A DNA stretch of 64,000 nt from a virus, in IMG/VR virus record IMGVR_UViG_3300005841_000936, positions 17,560 through 81,559 of that record; one strand, written 5' to 3'. Positions 1 through 8,700 of this stretch are shown piece by piece. The notes below the pieces were generated by a model. It searched no databases. It was given only the letters and a program-made list of their open reading frames with translations, and was not told where the DNA came from. How positions within the stretch are numbered: the stretch's first letter is position 1; the number at the start of each line of letters is the position of its first letter. A program made the translations under genes and the position numbers.

Positions 1-237
1 ACAAAGCACATCGGCCGGGCGCAGATCCTTCGCGGTCCAGTCGGTGATCATCTCAAAGCCTTCACGCTCATAACAAATGCTAATGAGATCGAGCTGGTCT
101 GAGCTCCAATTGGTGGGGCGTGCGTAGTCGGTGATCTCGATACCGAAATTCTGCTGAAAGAAATCTCGCAGCAAAGTCAGGCAATCGGACACGCCCCACA
201 CAAATGGGCGATCGAGCAGATTGTCGTAAACGATCAT
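1..237 (-). CDS. NlpC/P60-family tail tip assembly protein (lambda gpK-like), truncated by window edge
   Basis: Manual translation MIVYDNLLDRPFVWGVSDCLTLLRDFF...LRPADVLC; F-x-W-G-x-x-D-C motif; ATGA overlap with the upstream gpL-like gene. Confidence 0.8.
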   Translation of the reverse strand, partial: MIVYDNLLDRPFVWGVSDCLTLLRDFFQQNFGIEITDYARPTNWSSDQLDLISICYEREGFEMITDWTAKDLRPADVLC

Positions 238-731
238 CCGATCATCACCGCGGGGAATGCGGGCGGATAATACTGGGACAGCGGCAATGTGAAGGCGGTG
301 TTGTCGGAGGCCGTCGACAGGGACAGGGTGATGATGCTGCTGTTATAGTTCTCCGGCCGGCGAACGCGGTAGAAGGTGCGCTCGCTGATCGCCAAGTTGG
401 CGATTATGTTCGAGAGCAGAACCCGATAATGCGTGATGATAGCACCGTCGAGATAGCCATCATGCACCAACGGCTTGAAGAATGAGAGGTCCGTGTTCTC
501 CTGACCGACAACCAGCCGTGGCTGGCTAGAGCCGCCATCCGACGATCGCTTCAGTCCTGTAAAGGAAAGTGGAAGGCCGGTGTAATCATCACCTCGCCAG
601 GTGATGTCATTGTCGGCCTTGAAGTAAATTGTGCCGCTGCCGTCGTTCGGTACCAGCTGGAACAGGTCGATCTCTGCGTCGGCCGTAAGCTTGTGGGCTT
701 CGGCGATATGCTGAGATGGGATGTTGGGCAC
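234..731 (-). CDS. Minor tail protein (lambda gpL-like tail tip)
   Basis: 165 aa; 'IDLFQL...ITWRGDDYTGLP...QPRL' pattern; directly upstream of the NlpC/P60 gene. Confidence 0.7.
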   Translation of the reverse strand: MPNIPSQHIAEAHKLTADAEIDLFQLVPNDGSGTIYFKADNDITWRGDDYTGLPLSFTGLKRSSDGGSSQPRLVVGQENTDLSFFKPLVHDGYLDGAIITHYRVLLSNIIANLAISERTFYRVRRPENYNSSIITLSLSTASDNTAFTLPLSQYYPPAFPAVMIG

Positions 732-804
732 CGCAGTGGTTTAAGTCCCACCTCGAGCGACGGTCGATGTTCGGCTGTGAATTAGCAGGGGTGGTGGAGG
801 GGAC

Positions 805-830
805 AAAAAGAAAGGGGCCGAAGCCCCCTT
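805..830 (-). terminator. Rho-independent terminator after the major tail gene
   Basis: Minus strand AAGGGGGC-TTCG-GCCCCTTT-CTTTTT. Confidence 0.8.
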
Positions 831-860
831 CCCCTCTATGGATGCCAGAGGAAGGCAATA

Positions 861-1700
861 TCAGCCGGCATAAACCTTGCCGACAACCGTGGTGCCGATC
901 TCAGCCAGTCGTCCGGTGGCCTCGGAAGTCGTGAGAAGCGCGGGACGCATTTCCCAAGGCATCGAGCCATATTCGGTTTCGGTGAACGACAGATTGAAGC
1001 CCTTCACGATCGAGACCTTGGGCGCAATGAAGACAACCGGACGGTCGAAGTTCGCAAGCGTTCCGACAATCTTAACCGAGAACAGATCGTTGACGTTCGA
1101 ACCAACGCCCACCTCGTTGACTACCCAGACGCGCGAGCCAATCGGAAAGCTCATGCCGGCCGGGATTGCGTACGGCGCTGCAATCGGCACGGTGAAGGTA
1201 CCGGTCGACAAGGTAGCAATGGCGGAAGCTCGGGTTGGGAAGACGTAGACCGTCTCATCACCCACGCGCTGGATGAGGAGTGTCGCGCCGGCCGGGATAT
1301 CCGCTGCAAGCGTCAGATCCGAAGCAGAGTCACCCGGAATAGGATCTGAGATAAGCGTGAGAGAAACTGCAGCGGCCGCGGCGTTCGCGGTCAAAACACC
1401 GCGCTTCACCTGGATAGCGGTACCGTTGACCGACAGGGCGCGCATCATGTTCTGCGCCGTGAATTCCTTGATCGACGCAGTGATGCTCGCCTGCACGTTG
1501 GTACGCTTGGTGTCGACCACCGTCTGCGTGATGCCGTTGAGAAGATCGATGTTGGAAGAATCGAGCGTGACCGCGATCTCGTTGGCCATGCCGACAGAGT
1601 GGGCTGCGGGGGTAAGATCGAAAGGAGACGTACCGCCGAACGGCGCCATCATCAGTGTGGCGCTCGAGAGCATAAATGCATTCTTTTGGACCTGCGCCAA
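861..1700 (-). CDS. Major tail tube protein
   Basis: 279 aa beta-rich protein, GGAGG SD, own terminator, tail-module position. Confidence 0.7.
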   Translation of the reverse strand: MAQVQKNAFMLSSATLMMAPFGGTSPFDLTPAAHSVGMANEIAVTLDSSNIDLLNGITQTVVDTKRTNVQASITASIKEFTAQNMMRALSVNGTAIQVKRGVLTANAAAAAVSLTLISDPIPGDSASDLTLAADIPAGATLLIQRVGDETVYVFPTRASAIATLSTGTFTVPIAAPYAIPAGMSFPIGSRVWVVNEVGVGSNVNDLFSVKIVGTLANFDRPVVFIAPKVSIVKGFNLSFTETEYGSMPWEMRPALLTTSEATGRLAEIGTTVVGKVYAG

Positions 1701-1794
1701 AATGGCCTCCTATCAACGGATCAAAACTGGTTGATCCTCTCTGAGAGCCTGCGAAGGTTCACTCAACGATGGAGCAGCGAACCGCGGTCAACCG

Positions 1795-2478
1795 CTAGAA
1801 TACTGACGGCGGCGCGAGACGGGCTCCTTTCTTGACATTATCGAGCCACCAGAGCGGCTGTAGGTTAGTGTAATGGCAAGCACGCAGAAATTGTTCTCGA
1901 TCGGACAGATCAAAAAGCGCTAACGGAATTTTATGATCTATATGCCAACCATGCCGACCATAATTCTCCCACGTCATCCCGGGGAGGAACTGATCTTCCA
2001 GATGATCTCTTAAATCTTTATAGTTGCATCCGAGGTCTCGTACCGCTGAACCCGCCCTATTGGAGTCTCGGCTCACGGCTTGACTGAGCCTACTTCGAAG
2101 AACTGCTATAACCCTAACGAGGGGATCCTGCCTTTTCTGTTTCCCTCTAATTCGGCGAACAGCATTTACTTTTTCACTGTTATTCCTTCGGTAGTTTGTT
2201 GCAGCTACTATTCTATCGCTACGTGTTCTCTGATAATAACTTGCCCTGAAAGCACTAACCTTTTATGGGTTCTTAGCATTGTACCTGTTAGTTTTCTCGA
2301 CCGCCTTACGCTTTCGCCAGATAGTTTTCTCCTCGTCCGATAAATGCTTCGGACAATGATTAGAAACGGTGAGACCAGCCTTCATCCTCCGGTTGACCTC
2401 GCGCTTACGAGCTCGTTCGGCAACGATCTTCGCCTGTTCCTCGGCAGGCAAATGAGAGATGTCGCGCTTAGCTGCCAT
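1795..2478 (-). pseudogene. HNH endonuclease-like gene interrupted by one in-frame TAA (2263-2265)
   Basis: ORFs 2263..2478 and 1795..2076 are in the same frame with an open linker; C-terminus has GMTWENYG..WHIDHKIP..CHYTNLQPLW..N motif. Confidence 0.85.
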
Positions 2479-2530
2479 TCGATCTTCCTAACCCGACGTG
2501 ATCACGATGTGAATCCCCTGTCGGATGGAA

Positions 2531-2543
2531 CTGACTGAGTATC
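2531..2543. promoter_or_regulatory. Operator motif A, degenerate copy (CTGACTGAGTATC), beside TTGACA at 2545-2550
   Basis: 11/13 match to GTGACTGAGTAAC; upstream of the Arc-like gene. Confidence 0.55.
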
Positions 2544-2621
2544 TTTGACAATTCACAGGCCACCATCGACCCCCACTGATCAGGGACCGTAAGAAGAGAT
2601 CACCACTCTCAACCGGAGCCC

Positions 2622-2840
2622 ATGATGGTCAACCCCAAACAAAAGTATCGCAGCTTCACGATCCGCGTCCCGACTGACCTCTATCTGAAGATCGCGAATG
2701 AGGCACAGAACGACGGCGTTTATTTGAACCAGAAAGCCAACCAGCTTATTCGGCTCGGCCTTGGTGAGCACATTTCCCTCGACGCCGCGCTGCGCGCAAT
2801 GTTGATGGAGAAGGTTTCGCAGCCGGAGGTGGTGGAATGA
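2622..2840 (+). CDS. Arc/ribbon-helix-helix DNA-binding protein
   Basis: 'SFTIRVPTDLYLKIANEA...LN' RHH signature; GGAG SD. Confidence 0.75.
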   Translation: MMVNPKQKYRSFTIRVPTDLYLKIANEAQNDGVYLNQKANQLIRLGLGEHISLDAALRAMLMEKVSQPEVVE

Positions 2841-3238
2841 TCACTCGGCCACCCCTCACACACACTGTTCAGTTGGAAGAGGGACAGAGCAAGGTCATCA
2901 AGATGACCTATGGTCTATTCAATGACATGCAGCGGGTGACTCCGGACCCGACGGCTATTCTGACTGTTGTTCAGGAAGACGCCTGGACACGCGATTACCT
3001 CGTGCGTCGAGCTCTGACCGATAAGAAGGGTGCGGTCACCGATGAGGACCAGCTGATCCAGATTGAGGATGCCGGTGTCGAGGATCCCGAAGAGGTTGCA
3101 AAGCTTCTTGAGTGGATTACCGGACATCTTCTATTTTTTTTCGGAACCTCGGCGCGAGGGCTAAAACGCCTCAGCGAGGAGTTCAAAATCGACGAAAGCT
3201 CCCCCACGGAGCCCTCGACGAGTGGTTCTCAGAGCTAA
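2837..3238 (+). CDS. Tail assembly chaperone (gpG-like)
   Basis: Acidic 133 aa ORF overlapped by a -1 frame ORF, with a slippery T8 run at 3134-3141. Confidence 0.65.
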   Translation: MITRPPLTHTVQLEEGQSKVIKMTYGLFNDMQRVTPDPTAILTVVQEDAWTRDYLVRRALTDKKGAVTDEDQLIQIEDAGVEDPEEVAKLLEWITGHLLFFFGTSARGLKRLSEEFKIDESSPTEPSTSGSQS

Positions 3239-3513
3239 CGCTCGAGGACGCCTTCTGCTGGGCGTTCGATTGCTGCGAGGGTGACCTCGACGAACTCTAC
3301 TGGCGCTATTCGTTTTATGAGCTGGTCAAAAAGATCGAGCTCAAGATGGGCGAGTCCGTGACTATGATCCTTTGCCAGCACAATAGCCTGGCGATGATCG
3401 TCGGCGCTGCTCTTGGTGGTAGCGATGAGAAGGACGCTGTCCCTGATCTTCAGAACGCACCCACGTTTGAGGCAGCACTGGCTCAGATGAATGCAGCGCT
3501 TCGTATGACCTAA
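3134..3513 (+). CDS. -1 frameshift extension of the tail assembly chaperone (gpGT-like)
   Basis: -1 frame open from 3112 to 3513 with no good RBS; T-TTT-TTC heptamer 3136-3142; hairpin at 3147-3159. Confidence 0.6.
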
Positions 3514-3950
3514 GTGCCAGTCCGATAGAGCTCGACACCAATCGTTCGATAGTTGCGCAGTTGTGTCTGGCCCATCGGCATAACATGAAAAGCACTGGTG
3601 CAAAGCTCACTCAACGTGTCTCCGCTATCAGGGTCTCGCAGAAGAATTTTCTGTCCCTCCCCTAGAGTTGAATGAACGATATCAATAACATCCGCTTCCC
3701 GCAAAAGGTTCGCATCTTCATATGTTGATATCGTCAGCCCAAATCGAATTTCCCACAGGCCCTGGTTCTCATTGAAAGAAAAGCCGTCGACGCCAATCAA
3801 AGTCTCAGCCGGCCATTTGTTCTCGTCAGCCCTGGACTCGAAGCCCCAATACTGAATATCCTGATCGCCTGTGGTGATCCGGATTTCCTCTATCATATCG
3901 CCGACAGCACGGACAACGCTCTTGTAAATGGTGCTATACAGTTTCGACAT
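3510..3950 (-). CDS. Putative tail terminator/completion protein
   Basis: Likely start MSKLYSTIYK; ~146 aa; assigned from context and size. Confidence 0.5.
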   Translation of the reverse strand: MSKLYSTIYKSVVRAVGDMIEEIRITTGDQDIQYWGFESRADENKWPAETLIGVDGFSFNENQGLWEIRFGLTISTYEDANLLREADVIDIVHSTLGEGQKILLRDPDSGDTLSELCTSAFHVMPMGQTQLRNYRTIGVELYRTGT

Positions 3951-3969
3951 GTCAAAACGGTGATCGACA

Positions 3970-4821
3970 GTGGCAAGAAAAGCTAGGCTTCGACTACGGT
4001 TTACGCTCAACCATAAGACTGGAGAGCGGTCAGCGACGAAGCTCAAGGCCGTTGCTGCCGTGCTCGTTCGCGAGATCGCCATCGACTACGCAGAGGCCAC
4101 CTGGAAGCAGATCGTCCAGAAGATCAGCACAAAGATCACGGTCGACGTGCAGCGCGAGATAACCGCTATGGCGCAGGCGTACAAATCGTCCGTAATCGGA
4201 ATCTCCGGGAAAAACAGCGGGCCCTACGGTCGCATCAGCTTCGCCGCTGAGAAGGCCGAAGGTACGGAGGGCCGTGCGTCTTTCACACCTGGCGGGCACT
4301 GGGCTGCTCGCAGTGCAAGCTATCTTAAGCGAAAGCGACGTGAGGTCGGTCACGACCGATGGTTCGAACATGATGGGCTACTCAAATCGACAATGGGCAA
4401 GAGTGATACCTGGATCAAAGCCTTCGGGCCAATCCGAGTATCGGTAATCAAACGATCGGGTGTTGAGGCACAGGATGCTGGAACGAAGCGACTGAAAACG
4501 GGCATCAGTAATCAGGGGCTCTCCGTGAGGATTGGTGTGGCCACCGTCCGTGTGGACGTGTTCGGTAACCTAACGCCCGCCATGCTCCCCGCCTTGCGCA
4601 GTGGCAACATCGAGGACGTAGCACCCGACGGTCGAACAACCGGATTGATCGGGCGCTTCCCAAGGGATATCGCTCTCGGTTTGGGTGCCGGCCGGCAGGT
4701 GCCCTATCGTCACACGATTGAACCTTTCCTCGGCTTCCTCATGACCAGGTCAATGCCGAACGCAGTGCTGCGCCGGATCCAGGTGGGGTTGGACGAGGAT
4801 ATTCGACCAAGCATTGCCTAG
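3970..4821 (+). CDS. Basic phage protein, possibly neck/tail completion
   Basis: 283 aa ORF filling the gap between minus-strand genes; function inferred from context only. Confidence 0.5.
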   Translation: MARKARLRLRFTLNHKTGERSATKLKAVAAVLVREIAIDYAEATWKQIVQKISTKITVDVQREITAMAQAYKSSVIGISGKNSGPYGRISFAAEKAEGTEGRASFTPGGHWAARSASYLKRKRREVGHDRWFEHDGLLKSTMGKSDTWIKAFGPIRVSVIKRSGVEAQDAGTKRLKTGISNQGLSVRIGVATVRVDVFGNLTPAMLPALRSGNIEDVAPDGRTTGLIGRFPRDIALGLGAGRQVPYRHTIEPFLGFLMTRSMPNAVLRRIQVGLDEDIRPSIA

Positions 4822-5381
4822 TTCAGGACACCAATGTACAAACCGAGCATCCGCTCCGAACGAATGACTTTGCGACCGTTCAACGTATCATCAGCCTTGA
4901 CTGGCTGCCCAGTGATGAAGCGAGATTGCTCGAACGAAGCATGAGCTTTGTAGTCGGGCGCTTCGCGATCGAGCGGTTCAATCGTAACCCATATGTCACC
5001 AATCTTAGGCAGAGGTCCACCGACATCACGTTCGACTAGCGCCACCGCGTCGACCATCTTCGTACGGCGACTCCATTCAACCTTGTCGGTCGCGACGAAC
5101 AAGCGAAACGATTGCCAGAGCGTTCCCTGACGTTGCTCACTAGGACCATTGTCACCAACGACGTACATGACCCCAGCTGGGGATCGAAGCACCATGCCCA
5201 CCTTACAAGGAGTGATCGCAGGCGTACGCAGCACATGACGAGAGAACACGAAGGCGTAGACAGGAATCTGCTTCTGATCGGTCTCTGACAGTATGCCGCT
5301 CACGATGCCAGAGCCACCCTCAACCACCGTGAGCGGCACCTCGTAACGACGACCAATCTTTTTGAGACTTGCCATCGTCAA
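4818..5381 (-). CDS. Putative head-closure/head-tail joining protein
   Basis: 187 aa beta-rich ORF, translationally coupled to the gene upstream. Confidence 0.5.
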   Translation of the reverse strand: MTMASLKKIGRRYEVPLTVVEGGSGIVSGILSETDQKQIPVYAFVFSRHVLRTPAITPCKVGMVLRSPAGVMYVVGDNGPSEQRQGTLWQSFRLFVATDKVEWSRRTKMVDAVALVERDVGGPLPKIGDIWVTIEPLDREAPDYKAHASFEQSRFITGQPVKADDTLNGRKVIRSERMLGLYIGVLN

Positions 5382-5773
5382 TATCCCGGGTTGCTATTGA
5401 TGAGCATAATCTCGAAAGCCTCGATCAGCCCACTTGAATTAACAAGCGCCTTGGGCACGGCCACGGCGGTTTTGAATTTAACGGACAAGGCACCGAGATG
5501 CGGGTGCGTCCAACTGAATTCATCCCAAGTGCCGTGCGCCTGATAAAAAAGTTCAAACCGCCGCGCGTTGAACGTCAGATTGGTCGTTGAGTCGTACAGA
5601 CCATTCGACTGCAGATACCACGTCAGCCCATGCAGCGTGACTTTGAACGACTGCTGAAAAGGTACCTTTGGCTTTGACGAGAACTGCCATCCATTCATGC
5701 TCATGCCCGCAACCGGTTCCGGCGGGAGTGTTTCAGCCACAAGCCTGTTCGGGCAAAAATCGAATACAGCCAT
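5378..5773 (-). CDS. Minor tail/distal tail protein (lambda gpM-like)
   Basis: Follows the tape measure gene; 'FELFYQAHG.W..FSWTHP' gpM-type motif. Confidence 0.7.
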   Translation of the reverse strand: MAVFDFCPNRLVAETLPPEPVAGMSMNGWQFSSKPKVPFQQSFKVTLHGLTWYLQSNGLYDSTTNLTFNARRFELFYQAHGTWDEFSWTHPHLGALSVKFKTAVAVPKALVNSSGLIEAFEIMLINSNPGY

Positions 5774-5774
5774 A

Positions 5775-8700
5775 TCAGCCCCCCTGTGCTACGTGACGGA
5801 TAAGCTTCTTTGTCTCGCCGCCGGAGAGGATGTCGTTCGCGACCGCGACTATAACATCGTTCGGTCCCATCGTCGGGCGCTGCCCTTCCTGGACAACGTA
5901 CACATTGGTCTCCTGACGCGCCGGAGGCGCGATAACCGCATTGCCTCCCAACCCCTGCAGAGCCCGAGCACCTTGATCGTTTAGCTTCTGCATGAATTCC
6001 GGACCAACAGAATCCACAGCCCATTTCCTCTGAACGAATTCTCCCTTCGCAATCTTGGCATGCACGCTGTCACGGTTCGGCACGCCATTACGGATGTAAC
6101 GACCACTGATAGCCGTCACCATGCCGCCCTTGAGGAATGGCGCATGCGAACCCGCCGCGGCAGCAGATCCCGCACCGCCCCCGCCCGGTGCCGTTGCGCC
6201 GCCAATCGCACCAAGGATCAGATTGAAAATCCCCTTGGCAAGCGCCTGAGCAGCGAGCTCCTCGAAGTACTTGACCATGCCTTTGACGAAGTCACCAAAC
6301 GCGCCCAGCACGGTTCGCGAGCCAGACATAATGTCCGTGAAGAACGTGGTGATACCTTGATGCGCAGTCGTTAGCGCCGGCGTCATGTTCTGCAGGATGT
6401 CTTGCGTGAACGAGCGGTTGAGGCCACTGGCTTCTTTGTATGCTTCGATCGCCTGGGTTAGACCAACGCTGAAGGTTGTCGGCAGAAGTGACCCCTCCCC
6501 CAGGGCAGCATCAAGATTGTTCTTCTGCTCGGTCAACTTTGCAATGCTGATGGCAAGCTCATTGACCTTCGCTGTGGCCGTCTCGGTTTGACCACCAGAG
6601 TCCGCTGCCCGCTGCAAATCTGCTTTTGCTCGAACCAGAAGCGCTTGCTGCTTTACAATTTGCACGCCGAGATCTGCGGAGGTTTCTTTGTCCAGATTTT
6701 CCTGAGCCTGCCCGACACGACGCTCAGATAGCTGCTGTACGAAATCTGGGACCTTGCCAGAATTCGAAGCATATCCCAGACCTGACAATCGCCCCTGAGC
6801 GATTGACAATCGTCCCTGCGCCGGACGGAGGCTCTCATCGAACTCACGCTGAATCTGATCCATCTGACGATCGATGTTCTTCAGGATGCCGTCGAAGATG
6901 GCGTCGTTAAAGTCCTTCGTACGCTGCCTGATCTTCTCCTCAATCTCAGCATGCCGCTCGGCAACCGTATCTATCGAAGCGCCCTCGTTCGCGAGCTCGC
7001 CGTCGGTGACCTCACGAAGCTTATCAGCCCACACATCCAAAGCCGCTTTCGCGGCCTTGGTGCCGGCATCAAACACCGCTTCAGAAGTAGAGTATTTCAG
7101 ATCGTCAAGGTTGTCCCTAAGAGCCGCGTCAGCCGTCGCCAGACCAAGCTTGTCAGTCTTGACCTGTGAGCGTCCATCAGCATCTGCGGCGTTGGGGTCA
7201 TGCCCCGCGGCAAAACGTTGACCGACCGGTGTGCTGGTGTGAAAGTGAGGGCCTGTCCCCTGACGCTGACCCTTACCAGTCTCGTAGATGACGGTGATCT
7301 TTGAATAGCCCTGCGCCCGTAGTGCATTCTGAATGCGTAGAGCTTCCCGTTTACCAGCCTCGGCGGTTTCCGCTTTGAATGGGAAATCCTGCCCGTTGCC
7401 ACCTGGCTGACTGTGGGGGCTGTGGGCTGCATCGAGATTGGTCTTTCCTGCGGCGAAGAGCCCATTCTGAGTGCGCGCATCTCGAGAACCACTCCCCGCC
7501 TTCAGATAAGGGGCAACGATCTTGAACCCATCTATAATGGCCTGCCGGGTGATCAGCGGCTGGTTGGCGTCACGATTCGCTTCTCGCTCGGCTTTCTCCC
7601 GTGCTCGCCGTGCCTGATCAGTTTCCGCCGAAGAGGCTTCGACAGATTGCCGGAAACTCTTTACATCAAGAAGAGCGGCACTGAGGAAACGCTTGCTCGT
7701 ATCAGACGTGGCAAGCGGGATCCGATCCTTTGCAATCTTCTCGATCTCATCGAGTATCTTTGTCACCTGGCTGCGGATCGAGGCCTTGTTTACGTCAGTC
7801 GCAGAGGACAACTTGTCGAGCAGAGGCTGCACCTGATCAAACTTCGCTGAGAATTGCTTCCCAATATCCGAGTTGCGAGCACCAGCGTCCTGCTCTTGAA
7901 TGCGAGAAATGCGCTCCGTGCTCGTCGCCTGCGTGACCACACCCTGAGCAAGAATGAGCTTCCGAAGCTGTTGGGCGTTTTCAACGCTCAGTTTCTCAAT
8001 GCGATCAGCGGCATCTCGAAGAAGTGCGATATTGCGCGGATCACCAAGATTGCCGAGGGCTTTGGTTTCATTGCCCAGCAATGAATTCATCAACCAGTCG
8101 TTGCCTCGAACACCCCGAAGCTGCGAATTTACAGTCTTTTGTGCGTCAACCCGTTGCGACGCCGCCTTCACACCCTGCTCGATGTAGCCCTGCCGAAGGG
8201 TCTGGTTCTCCTCATTGCGCAGTTGCTGCATCGCGCTGACAAGATCCAGCACCTCCCCCTTCGTATTGAGCAGGTACTTGGCCAAACCTTGAAAGCGGTC
8301 GGAAAGAGAAACGGTCTCTGCGGCAAGCAACGTGCTCCGACCAGCCAGCGTATCCTGCTGGGTGAGGAGCCGAGTAATCTCCTTATCGAGGCCTCCGATC
8401 TTATCCTGCTGTGCTTGGATCTTTTCAGAAACTTCAGCACTAGCTGTGGCAAGGCGCTCTGACTCAGCAGTTGTACCGCGAAGCTTATCTGCTAAGGTAT
8501 TAAACAAGCTCACCAAGCCAAGAGCTTCTGGAGCAACCTGAACTAAACTACTCTTCAGCGTCTGACCGAAGCTTCCACTTTCAACACTGTCGGAAGCAAA
8601 CCTGACCAGCTCTTTCAGAACGACCGTTACTCTGCTGACCTCTTCCGAAAGGTTGTCACCGATAATATTCTTGAACCGCTGCCATTGAGCGGAGAGGCTG

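Noticed and set aside
2263-2265. Stop-codon reassignment
   Set aside because: Single case; TAA, TAG and TGA all terminate normal genes elsewhere; no suppressor tRNA seen
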